Source: an uncultured delta proteobacterium (lineage in GTDB: Bacteria; Myxococcota_A; Polyangia; Polyangiales; Polyangiaceae). From it: DNA of 64,000 nucleotides. This document shows positions 9,230-18,200 of this stretch, piece after piece (the stretch's first letter is position 1; each line of letters opens with the position of its first letter). The stretch is taken from NCBI GenBank assembly GCA_963841435.1, contig CAWJCS010000002.1, positions 256,001-320,000 of the forward strand, given 5' to 3'. The translations under genes were made by a program, and so were the position numbers. Under the pieces are notes generated by a model. The model was given only the letters and a program-made list of their open reading frames with translations. It was not told where the DNA came from and did no database searches.

Positions 9230-11223
9230 GGAGCACCCACTTTCCTCGTGCGAAAGCCGGGGTCGGAAGCGATCCGGCGGAACACGTCGCGGAGCGACAC
9301 CCCGGGCGCGTCGAGCCCCGTGCGCATGTCGTCGTACGCACAGGCGTCGCCGCTGTCCTTCGTCGGCTCGCGCCCGAGCGCGTAGCGGAAGTAGTTGGCC
9401 GACAGGCAGGCTTCGACCTTGCCGCTGGCGAGGATTTTCTGATTGAGCTCGATGGGACCGTTCACGTCGACCGGGTCCTCGCTGCCGAGGGCGACGGGTG
9501 CGACGATGTCGATGGGCAGCGTGGCCAGAAGCTCCCCCGTCTGCTCGTCGAAGACCTGCTCCTCGGTGCGGTAGCGGCCGAGGGAGTCGTAGGCTTCCAG
9601 CGTGTAGCCGATGTTGCTGAACGTGCCGTGGCACCCCGCGCAGAGGCCGTTGCCCTCGATCTTCTTCGCGAAGCGCTCGCGGGTCGTCAGCGCCGTGCTC
9701 GGCGGCGGCGGGTCGAGGGAGCCCGCGGGCAGCGTGGTCGGATCCGGCGGCTGGAGGTCCTCGCAGAGGATGGAGCGGCGGATGGACGCGCCGCGATGAA
9801 AGGGGTTCGTCGTCTCGAGGCTCGAGACCAAGAGGGCGCTTCGCAGCAGGAGACCTTCGCGCGTGCCGTCGGGGAACGTCGGGTACGCGCCGCTGCCGCT
9901 CCACGCCTTCACGCCGTACAGGTGAGCGAGATCGTCCGAGCGGGTCACCGAGGCGTTCGACGTCATGAGGTCCACGAAAGTGCCGTCCTGCTTCCAGGTG
10001 TAGAGGTCCGTCAGGTCCTGGATCTCCTGCACCATGTCGCCCCAATGGTCGTGGCCGCTCTCACCGAGGTGCTCTCCTTGGGCGAGCGCCTGGAACGCGG
10101 GTCGCTCCGACGAGAACCCCGTGAACGAATCGAAGCGCATCCACTGGTTCCAGAACTGCCAGAGGGTCTCCTGCGTGCGCGGGTCGGAGTAGACGCGATC
10201 GAGCTCGGCCAGGAAGCCGTCGTCGGTGTCGAGCGCACCGCTCTCGGCTGCCGCGAAGAGCTCGTCGTCGGGCATCGACTGCCAGAACGTGTAGGAAAGC
10301 CTCGATGCCACCTCGTACGGGTCGAGCTTCAAATAATCGTCGCCGCCGGAAACGGGCATCCCCTCGAGCTCGAGGTGATTCACGAAGCGCGGTGACATGA
10401 GCAACGTGACGACGACGTTGCGCAGCGCTTCGGCCGAGTCCATGGCCTGCGGCGAATCGCCCTGGGCTACGTCGCGGTACTCCGTCATTTCCTCGGGCGT
10501 CAGCGGTCGCCTGAGCACGCGCTTGCCGAAATCCTCGAGAAAGGCGTCGAGGCAGCTCGCCGTGAGCGTGGCGTCCGTTGCGCAGTCACCGGCGAGCGCC
10601 GTGAGGCGTGCCGTCGTGCTCGTTGCCGCGTCGCCGACGGCCACCGCGAGGTTGAAGTAGGCGTTCAGATGATCGAGGGAGATGCGCTTGTCGAGGCCGC
10701 GGAACGTCCGCGGGCTGTCGTCGGGGACGGCGGCGAGCAGCTGTGTCAGTCCGCCGGCCACGTCCGAAAGCCCGCTCGCTGCGAGAAGATCGAGCACTGT
10801 ATTTCGGTACTGGACCGTCGAGAGCTTGCTGAGCGGCGAGACGCCGGGCTCCGCGCTCTGGGGCGGGCAATCGCCGAACGCCGTCGGCGGATCGATGACC
10901 GTGCCCGTGCCCGAGGCATTGCCGCTGCCGGCGCTGCCCGAGCTCCCGCCGTTGCCGCCCGTGGCTCCACTACCGCTACCGCCGGTGGCGCTGCCGCCGC
11001 TGCCTCCCGACGAGCTCGCTCCGCTTCCGCCTGCGCCCGACGCCTTGCCGCCCGATGCCCCCGAGCCGCTGGGGCCCCCGCCACTGGCCTCGGGGCCGGT
11101 TCGCTCGACCTGCGCCGTGCAGGCGCACAAGACGAGGACCGCTGCAGAAACCCAAGCGAAAAAGGGTACATGCGGTGGCCGACCGCCGATGGCGGGTCCC
11201 GGGGAGGGAGCGCGAGAGGACAT
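9226..11223 (-). CDS. DUF1592/DUF1588/DUF1595-domain lipoprotein
   Basis: LSTVQYRNTVLDLL, YEVASRLSYTFWQSMPDDELF, NPFHRG, CAGCH, YDSLGRYR; classic partner of DUF1552. Confidence 0.9.
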   Translation of the reverse strand: MSSRAPSPGPAIGGRPPHVPFFAWVSAAVLVLCACTAQVERTGPEASGGGPSGSGASGGKASGAGGSGASSSGGSGGSATGGSGSGATGGNGGSSGSAGSGNASGTGTVIDPPTAFGDCPPQSAEPGVSPLSKLSTVQYRNTVLDLLAASGLSDVAGGLTQLLAAVPDDSPRTFRGLDKRISLDHLNAYFNLAVAVGDAATSTTARLTALAGDCATDATLTASCLDAFLEDFGKRVLRRPLTPEEMTEYRDVAQGDSPQAMDSAEALRNVVVTLLMSPRFVNHLELEGMPVSGGDDYLKLDPYEVASRLSYTFWQSMPDDELFAAAESGALDTDDGFLAELDRVYSDPRTQETLWQFWNQWMRFDSFTGFSSERPAFQALAQGEHLGESGHDHWGDMVQEIQDLTDLYTWKQDGTFVDLMTSNASVTRSDDLAHLYGVKAWSGSGAYPTFPDGTREGLLLRSALLVSSLETTNPFHRGASIRRSILCEDLQPPDPTTLPAGSLDPPPPSTALTTRERFAKKIEGNGLCAGCHGTFSNIGYTLEAYDSLGRYRTEEQVFDEQTGELLATLPIDIVAPVALGSEDPVDVNGPIELNQKILASGKVEACLSANYFRYALGREPTKDSGDACAYDDMRTGLDAPGVSLRDVFRRIASDPGFRTRKVGAP

Positions 11224-11439
11224 GCTCTCTACGGACGAACCCCGACCGGAGCCTCCGGGGTCAATAAATCGTCGTTCTTTGCCGAAGTCGCCGGAGCGGG
11301 TCCCGCCTCAGGGAAACGTCGGCTCTTCGGGGGCATATCGCGTCGCGGTGTCGCCGAGCCCGAGCTGGCCGACGACACGCGCGTTGGCCGCCACGCGCTC
11401 GTAACCGCCGGTGGCCGCAACGACGACGCCAATCTGACG

Positions 11440-11796
11440 GTGTGCGATCCCGAGCCCTCCGGTGCGCCCAGCGTGCTCGACGTGCCCACGGGTTTCTCCA
11501 GCATTCAAGCTGCGATCGACGCCGCGGCACCCGGCGATACCGTACGCGTCGGGCCCGGCGTGTATCACGAGGCGCTCAGGCTTCGCTCGTTCGTGAGCCT
11601 CGTGGGCGCCGGCGCGAGCCAGACGGTGCTCGACGGCGACCGAGGCTCGCAGAACCTCATCGACTTCACGGGTGCGCGTGGCGTCGTCGTGACGGGCTTC
11701 ACGTTGCGGAACACCGGCCAGGGCGTCGGCTGCGCCGGCCCCGACGATCCGGGGCCGTTCGGTGGGCCGCTCGGCGAGTGGTCGCCGCTCGAGTAG
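11440..11796 (+). pseudogene. Remnant of pectin-lyase-like/parallel beta-helix protein (DUF1565-type N-terminus)
   Basis: VPTGFSSIQAAIDAAAPGDTVRVGPGVYHE...VVVTGFTLRN then premature end; no signal peptide or beta-helix body. Confidence 0.6.
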
Positions 11797-11826
11797 CAAC
11801 GTGCGTCCGTTGCGAAGCTCGCACGC

Positions 11827-12228
11827 TCAGGGAGGCGTGTCGGGTGGCGTGCGGTCCGCCACGTATGCCGCGATCTGTCGCACCAGAGCCTCGCACGCTT
11901 CCGTCACCTCGCCCGCGAGCACGGCGATGCCGAGCTGCGCGTCGAGATGCAGCGTGATGGGCAAGGGCCCGACGACGTAGTCCCAGAATAGCTGCCCCAT
12001 GCCCTCGACGCGGTCTCGCCCCTCGGCGCCGAAGCGCTCCACGACGATGTCCGCACATTGCCTGAGGAGCACGCGACTCGGCTTGGTGTGGGTCCACGCC
12101 GTGAGCTCGCCTTTCGCCGTGCGATCCCAGCGAATGTCGTTCACGTGAGGGCTCGGGGTATCCACGAACGAGTAGGAAAGTACCCTACGCCCGACTTCAG
12201 GCGGGGGGAAAGGCCCGCGGCGAGCCAT
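11827..12228 (-). CDS. Hypothetical protein
   Basis: ORF with GC3-rich codons and protein-like composition; start uncertain. Confidence 0.55.
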   Translation of the reverse strand: MARRGPFPPPEVGRRVLSYSFVDTPSPHVNDIRWDRTAKGELTAWTHTKPSRVLLRQCADIVVERFGAEGRDRVEGMGQLFWDYVVGPLPITLHLDAQLGIAVLAGEVTEACEALVRQIAAYVADRTPPDTPP

Positions 12229-12263
12229 CCCCGCTCGCCGTCAACGGTGATACGCTGCGAGGA

Positions 12264-13160
12264 ATGCGACGGCTCTGGGTCGTCCTATCGGCGGCCGTCA
12301 CTTCGTTCGCCTGTAGCTCCGACGACGGTGTGTCCGGGGCCGATCGTCCGTCTTCGGGTGGCACGTCCGGGCAGGCCAACGGCGGGACCAGTGGCATTGA
12401 GAGCGGGCAGGGCGGTGCCATCGCCAGCGGTGCCGGTGGTGGGGTGGTGGCTGGCAGCGGCACGGCGGCGGGTGGCGGAGGGGGTGCAGCCGGAGCGGGT
12501 GCCGGGAGCTCGGGCGCGGGCGCGGGCGACGCTGGTCACGCGGGTGACTCGGGGGGCGGGGTCGGCGGCGCAGCGGGGAGCACGGCGGGCGGCGACGCTG
12601 GCACGAGCGCGGCAGGTGCGGGCATGGGTGGGCAGGGGCCGACACGGTGCGAGGACCCGCTCGATACCGGAGACACGTCTCGCTTCGATACGAGCGAGCT
12701 TTTCGAAACGTACACGGTGATGGGAACCACCGCGGGCGAGCTCCGGACGAGTGTGAACGAAAACCGTGGGATGGACTACGACGCTCTCACGAGCTCCCAC
12801 CTGAGCTGGAGCTTCCAGGGCTGTACGAACCCGACGTGGATAGTCTCGCTCGAGATCGACTATCTGCTGCCGGAGTGGGATCCACCGGCATCGGCCGATC
12901 CCGATCTGGTGGACGCATGGCAAACGTACATCGACGCGCTCCAGTGCCACGAGTACGGCCACGGCCGGATCGCAGTGGATTGTGCCAACGAGGTGATGGA
13001 CGCCTTCGAGAGCCTCCAGGAAACCGGCGACTGCGCGGCATTGCAGGAAAATGCCCAGTCCGCCTTCGACACCGTGCTCGACGCGTGCGCTGCGCGCGAG
13101 GTCATGTACGACGCCGACACGAACCACGGCGCGACGATGGGCGCGGTGTTTCCTCCCTGA
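12264..13160 (+). CDS. DUF922-like predicted Zn protease lipoprotein with Gly-rich linker
   Basis: Lipobox FAC, Gly linker, YTVMGTT, YLLPEW, HEYGH, YDADTNHGATMG. Confidence 0.75.
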   Translation: MRRLWVVLSAAVTSFACSSDDGVSGADRPSSGGTSGQANGGTSGIESGQGGAIASGAGGGVVAGSGTAAGGGGGAAGAGAGSSGAGAGDAGHAGDSGGGVGGAAGSTAGGDAGTSAAGAGMGGQGPTRCEDPLDTGDTSRFDTSELFETYTVMGTTAGELRTSVNENRGMDYDALTSSHLSWSFQGCTNPTWIVSLEIDYLLPEWDPPASADPDLVDAWQTYIDALQCHEYGHGRIAVDCANEVMDAFESLQETGDCAALQENAQSAFDTVLDACAAREVMYDADTNHGATMGAVFPP

Positions 13161-13225
13161 GCGTCCGGCGCACCGAACGGCGCTTCCGTGCCGGTGCAGT
13201 GCTCGGTGTCGGTGGTGACCACGGC

Positions 13226-14434
13226 ATGCAAACCTTCGAAACCGAAAACGTTCCCATCAAGGCCTGGGTCAACGGCGTCCCGTTCGAGGATGTCGCGAAA
13301 AAGCAGGTCGAGAACGTCGCGAGCCTGCCGTTCGTGCACCAGCATGTCGCGGTCATGCCGGACGTGCATTTTGGGATGGGTGCGACCGTCGGCAGCGTGA
13401 TTGCCACGCGGGGCGCGGTCATCCCAGCCGCCGTCGGCGTCAACATCGGCTGCGGCATGGTTGCGGCGCGGCTCGCGCTTGCGGCGTCCGATCTGCCAGA
13501 TTCGCTCGGCACGATGCGCTCGGCCATCGAGGCGGCGGTGCCGCACGGCCGCACGGCGAACGGCGGCCCGAACAATCGCGGTGCTTGGAACAATCCCCCG
13601 CCCGCCGTGTCGTCCGTGTGGGCGGGCCTTCACGAGCGGTTCGAGCGCATCGTCGAGAAGCACCCGAAGGTCGCGCGTGCGAACCACGAGCGCCATCTCG
13701 GCACGCTCGGAACGGGCAACCACTTCATCGAGGTCTGCCTGGACGGTTCGGACGGCGTTTGGGTGATGCTCCATTCCGGCTCGCGCGGTGTCGGCGGGCG
13801 CATCGGGTCGTACTTCATCGAGCTCGCGAAAAACGACATGCGGCGCCTCGTCGTCAACCTGCCGGACACGGATCTTGCCTATCTCGCCGAAGGCACGGAA
13901 AACTTCGACGACTACCTCGAGGCTGTCGGCTGGGCTCAGGACTTCGCGCTCGCGAACCGCGCGCTCATGCTGCGGGCGACCGTTGCGGCCGTCGGCAGGA
14001 CGCTCGGTCGCGACCTCGCGTTTTCGGACGTGGCCGTTCAGTGCCATCACAACTACGTGTCGCGCGAGCACCACTTCGGCGAAGAAGTGCTCGTCACGCG
14101 AAAAGGTGCGGTCCGCGCGCGTCTCGGCGAGCTCGGCATCATTCCAGGCAGCATGGGTACGCGGAGCTACATCGTGCGCGGCAAGGGCAACCCGGCGAGC
14201 TTCGAATCCTGCTCGCATGGCGCGGGCCGCAAGATGTCGCGTGGCCAGGCGAAGCGCACGTTCTCGCTCGAGGAGCATGCGAAGGCCGTCCAGGGCGTCG
14301 AGTGCCGTCGCGACGCGGGCGTCATCGACGAGACGCCCGGCGCCTACAAGTCGATCGACGCCGTGATGGCCGCGCAGCGAGACCTCGTCGAGGTCGTGCA
14401 CGAGCTCAAACAGGTGCTTTGCGTCAAGGGATGA
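13226..14434 (+). CDS. rtcB: RNA-splicing/repair ligase RtcB
   Basis: MPDVHFGMGATVG, GV(N)IGCG, LGTGNHFIE, HSGSRG, HHNY, IPGSMG, SHGAGR, DETPGAYK, terminal VKG. Confidence 0.95.
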   Translation: MQTFETENVPIKAWVNGVPFEDVAKKQVENVASLPFVHQHVAVMPDVHFGMGATVGSVIATRGAVIPAAVGVNIGCGMVAARLALAASDLPDSLGTMRSAIEAAVPHGRTANGGPNNRGAWNNPPPAVSSVWAGLHERFERIVEKHPKVARANHERHLGTLGTGNHFIEVCLDGSDGVWVMLHSGSRGVGGRIGSYFIELAKNDMRRLVVNLPDTDLAYLAEGTENFDDYLEAVGWAQDFALANRALMLRATVAAVGRTLGRDLAFSDVAVQCHHNYVSREHHFGEEVLVTRKGAVRARLGELGIIPGSMGTRSYIVRGKGNPASFESCSHGAGRKMSRGQAKRTFSLEEHAKAVQGVECRRDAGVIDETPGAYKSIDAVMAAQRDLVEVVHELKQVLCVKG

Positions 14435-14447
14435 CGAGTGCGGCGTC

Positions 14448-14988
14448 CTATCGGCCGAGCGCGAAGCAGACGCCGACGACGAGCAGCATCAAGCAGAGCG
14501 TCAAGAGGCTCCAGCCGCCGAACGCCGACTCTTCCCGAACCGCAACCTCGAGCCGCGGTCGCTCGACCGCGTGCTCGACGTTGGGCTGAGGCACGCGCGC
14601 GGGTGGCGGCAACGGGTCGGGCTGGGCGCCCGGTTCGAACGGAGCGGGGGGCTCCGGTTGAACTCGCGGTCTCGGGTGGGACGCTCGGTCCCGATCTCTG
14701 CTCGGGCTTTTTCGGAGGTGTCATGCGCCGCGCGCGCGCGAGCAGCTCTGGAGGAGGCACGAACACGGCCGTGCAGTCTTGATCCACCGGCAGCCCGCGG
14801 CTCGATTCGCGCTCGCGAAGACGTCGAATCATCTCCTTCGGAAGACGTTTGACGATCGTAGCTTGCTCGTCGAACGAGGTGATACCGCTCTCTTCGTCGC
14901 TCGGTAGCTGCTCCGCTTGCGCACCGCCTCGGATCGAGGCGACCCAGCGCTCGAACGCCTGACGCTTTTCAGCAGTTTCGTTACTCAT
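14448..14988 (-). CDS. Pro-rich protein with C-terminal TM helix; apparent frameshift near 14645-14680
   Basis: MSNETAEKRQAFERW... continues after a one-base shift into PRVQPEPPAP...WSLLTLCLMLLVVGVCFALGR* (TAG at 14448-14450). Confidence 0.55.
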
Positions 14989-15172
14989 GACGCCGACCTC
15001 CAAGGGTGCTGCGGCGAGCCTTCAGAAGATAGCCCAACCCTTTCGTTTCATCACGCACTCTTGAAGCGCTGCGACGTGATCTTCGGGTGGGTGAAGAGCG
15101 CCAGGAGTGGCCCGGTGTAGGCCTAGGTCGTCGCCTTGCGTACTTGGCGAGGGGCGGCAACGTGGCGCGCTG

Positions 15173-15982
15173 TCAGTCGCCGCCGTCGAGCGCTTCGAGG
15201 ATCTTGCGTGCTTGGCGGCGACCGTCCTTGCCGAAGCGCCCGCGCTCGATGTCGGAAAGAGCGCCCTCCGCTTCGGCCTTGCGCCCGAGCTGGGCGAGGC
15301 ACACGGCACGATTGAGGCGTGCCTCCGGCGCGAAGACTCCCCGGGGGAAAGCCCAAAGGTAGGCGTCCCACGCGGCGAGCGTGCGCGAACAATCCGCCCC
15401 ACCGAAGTGGAGCGCGTGGGCTCGGTGGTAAAGGGCGAGATCGGCGCTCGGTGCCGCGGAAGCCCGCGTCGTAGCGGGGTGTTCGGCTGCCTGCGATTCC
15501 TCCGCGCGCACCGGGGGCGCCGGCCGTGTGGGAGCAGGCTCGATCGGCAGGGATGCGATCGAGCGCGCCTCGATGGGGGCGTTCAGTGCGTTTGGGCTCG
15601 CAGGAGTCGCGACGGCGGAGGGAGGTGCCGCGGCTGGCCGCGCGACGGGGGGGCCTGCGGCTCTAGCCTCGCCGTGCTGCTTGCCACGGTGCGGCCCCGT
15701 GCTCGTCGGGGCGCGCCCGCTTGCCGCGCTCAGAATGCTGCGTTCCACGAACGACAGCGCGCTCCGCGCGTTCTCGCGAACGATGGGCGTTGCCGCGAGC
15801 GCGACCGAGCCCGCGAACGTCGCCGCGAGCGGAATGAGCCAGCGCACGCGCTCCGCTCGCAGCAGACGACCTCGGCTCGCGGCCGCGACGATGCGTCTGC
15901 GGAGGGCACGCTGGTCGAGCGAGCGAGCCGTGTGCTCCGCACGATAAGCGTCGACGAACGGCGACAACGCGTCGTTCGTCAT
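15173..15982 (-). CDS. Putative anti-sigma factor (TM helix, Pro-rich linker, C-terminal TPR)
   Basis: ATGA overlap with ECF sigma; single TM; AWDAYLWAFPRGVFAPEARLNRAVCLAQLG TPR-like end. Confidence 0.7.
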   Translation of the reverse strand: MTNDALSPFVDAYRAEHTARSLDQRALRRRIVAAASRGRLLRAERVRWLIPLAATFAGSVALAATPIVRENARSALSFVERSILSAASGRAPTSTGPHRGKQHGEARAAGPPVARPAAAPPSAVATPASPNALNAPIEARSIASLPIEPAPTRPAPPVRAEESQAAEHPATTRASAAPSADLALYHRAHALHFGGADCSRTLAAWDAYLWAFPRGVFAPEARLNRAVCLAQLGRKAEAEGALSDIERGRFGKDGRRQARKILEALDGGD

Positions 15983-16548
15983 TGCGAGCTCTCCGTGAGA
16001 AACGCCTGAAGTCGGCGCTTGGCGTGGAACACGCGCGTCCTCACCGTCGCTTCCGGAATCCCGAGGATCTCGGAGACCTCCTGGACGTCGCAGCCCTCGA
16101 TCTCGCGGAGCAAGAACGTCACGCGGTGATCGAGTGTCAGGCTCTCGAGGGCCCGCTCGAGGCGAGCGGCGAGGGTGCGGCGTTCGCTCAGTCTCTCGGG
16201 GTCCTCGACCGCCGCGAGCGGTTCCCTGCCGAGGCGCTCCGTGAAGCGCCTGCGGCGCGCGAGAGCGCGCAGATGGTGCCGCGCGCGGTTCGCGGCGATG
16301 CCGAGCAAGAACGCGCGCAGCGACTTGCCCCGATCGAGCTTGTGACAGACCCGCGGCAGGACCAAAAACACGTCCTGCACGAGATCCTCTGCGGCGTGAT
16401 CGTCGCACACGAGCCGCCGCGCGAAGGAGCAGAGCGCGACGTGATGCGCATCGTACGCCTCGGCGATCGCGTCCGGATCGGCCCGGCGCACGCGGACGAG
16501 GAAAGCCTCGTCCGGCGCCCCGATGTCGACGAGCGTCAATGTGTGCAT
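15979..16548 (-). CDS. ECF RNA polymerase sigma factor
   Basis: AEDLVQDVFL (region 2) and EVSEILGIPEATVRTRVFHAKRRL (region 4). Confidence 0.95.
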   Translation of the reverse strand: MHTLTLVDIGAPDEAFLVRVRRADPDAIAEAYDAHHVALCSFARRLVCDDHAAEDLVQDVFLVLPRVCHKLDRGKSLRAFLLGIAANRARHHLRALARRRRFTERLGREPLAAVEDPERLSERRTLAARLERALESLTLDHRVTFLLREIEGCDVQEVSEILGIPEATVRTRVFHAKRRLQAFLTESSQ

Positions 16549-16700
16549 GGCCCGCGCCTACCCTGTATTCCCGATCCTACCTCGGGCGTTCACGGGGCAC
16601 ATGAGATCGGGAATTTGCCTTCGATTCCTTCGAGATGGCCGGTGTCGTACCGAGTGGCGCTCGGCGTGAACGCTTTCGGCCCCTCGGGGAATCACGGGGG

Positions 16701-17951
16701 ATGACGAAACGGCGATTGCCTGCGGTGGCTCTGCTCTGGGCGGTCCTGCTGGGGGCGCCGGGGGTCGTCGCGGCCGAGCCGCTGCGTCTCGAGCTCGATG
16801 CGACGGCCGGAAGCCTCCCCGAGGGCGACATCCGGATGGCGATCGAGAAGGAGCTCGGGCGATCCGTGACCGGCGCCGAGCCCGGCGCGCCGAGCGACGT
16901 GAACGTCGCCGTCGTCGATCAACGCATCGTGATCCGCGTGCGGCAAGGCGACGCCGTCGTGGAGCGCTCGGTGCCGCTCCCGGCAAACCTCGCGGACGTT
17001 CCGCTGACCGTGAGCCTCATCGTCGGCAATCTGGCGCGCGATCAGAGCGTGGGGCTCGCGGCGCCGACCGCCGCGCCGCCGAGCGCGCCGCCGCCCCCCG
17101 AGCCGGCGAAGCCCGAGCCGCCCCCGAGCGCCGCACCGGTGCCCGAGCGCCCTCGAGCTGACGCACGTCGCTATCGGTCGCACTGGCTCGGTGCGCACGT
17201 TGCTCAGGATCTCGCCTTCGTCGGTGGGAACAACGTCTGCGACCCCACCCTCGGGCAACTCGACGACAACTTTGCGTGCTTCGAGTCGGGTACGACCAAT
17301 CGACCCTTTTTTCACACGCCGTTCCCCCTGCGAGATGAAGTGAAGCGAGGGCTCGTCGTCGCGACGACTCGCGTGCTGCTTTCCTACCAATACGCGCCGT
17401 CGCCATGGATTTCGATTGGCGGCCGCGCGGGCTACGCGCTCCGAGGCGGACCGCCTGCCGGCCAGGCGCCCGACGAAAGTGGCGTCGGCCAGGGCGGGAC
17501 GCCGTTCCTTCCGGTGCACCTCGAGGTCGACTTTCGCGCCTGGTTCGCGCCGCTCACCAACGAGCGAGTGCGGGCGTACGCCGAGCTGTCGGCTGGTCTG
17601 GCGCAGGTTGACTCGAAAGTCACCGTCGACGAGTACGACTGCACCCAGGCGGGAGGCTCCGGCGTGGACCCGAGCCAATCCCTGGATTACGTCAACCCGG
17701 TCACCGGCCGGACGTACACACCATTCGAGCAATGCAAGGCGGCCATCGGCCACTACGATTATCGGCTCTACGAGCCGACCGCAGTCGATGCCTGGAAGAA
17801 GCAGGGGCAGGCTTTCCTTTCGCTGGGGGCCGGCGGCATGGTTGCCATCACCGATCAGCTCGGCGTGGTGCTCAACCTGAAGGCGATGGTCATGCTGCCG
17901 GCCTCCGGCCTCGTTCTCGAACCTTCGCTCGGTCTCGAGCTCGGGCTCTGA
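16701..17951 (+). CDS. Exported protein with probable C-terminal beta-barrel, divergent from the ECF sigma
   Basis: Signal peptide, Pro-rich linker, amphipathic beta-strand pattern ending EPSLGLELGL. Confidence 0.7.
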   Translation: MTKRRLPAVALLWAVLLGAPGVVAAEPLRLELDATAGSLPEGDIRMAIEKELGRSVTGAEPGAPSDVNVAVVDQRIVIRVRQGDAVVERSVPLPANLADVPLTVSLIVGNLARDQSVGLAAPTAAPPSAPPPPEPAKPEPPPSAAPVPERPRADARRYRSHWLGAHVAQDLAFVGGNNVCDPTLGQLDDNFACFESGTTNRPFFHTPFPLRDEVKRGLVVATTRVLLSYQYAPSPWISIGGRAGYALRGGPPAGQAPDESGVGQGGTPFLPVHLEVDFRAWFAPLTNERVRAYAELSAGLAQVDSKVTVDEYDCTQAGGSGVDPSQSLDYVNPVTGRTYTPFEQCKAAIGHYDYRLYEPTAVDAWKKQGQAFLSLGAGGMVAITDQLGVVLNLKAMVMLPASGLVLEPSLGLELGL

Positions 17952-17992
17952 CCGAGCGGGTGCGCGCCCAGGCTCCGCGGCGCGCTCCCGAG

Positions 17993-18163
17993 TCAGGGTC
18001 CGGAGAGCAGACGCCCTTCTTCGGCAAAGAGCTCGGTGACGTCGAAGTAGAAAACGCCCTCGGCGCCGCTCTTCTCGTTCTTGGCGCCGAGCACGTCGAA
18101 GTGGCGAGCGCCGTGGGGGACGAGCGATTGCTCGGTGACCTCGAAGCCGCCGGCTCGCAGGTA
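17993..18163 (-). pseudogene. C-terminal gene remnant (DUF4919-like motif)
   Basis: YLRAGGFEVTEQSLVPHGARHFDVLGAKNEKSGAEGVFYFDVTELFAEEGRLLSGP* directly after an in-frame TAG; no start codon. Confidence 0.45.
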
Positions 18164-18200
18164 CTAGCCTTGGCGAAGCGGCTTTGGAGCCCGGAGCACC

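Noticed and set aside
6992-9385. 797-aa plus-strand ORF
   Set aside because: Antisense shadow of the DUF1552 and cytochrome genes; no motifs, typical of high-GC DNA.
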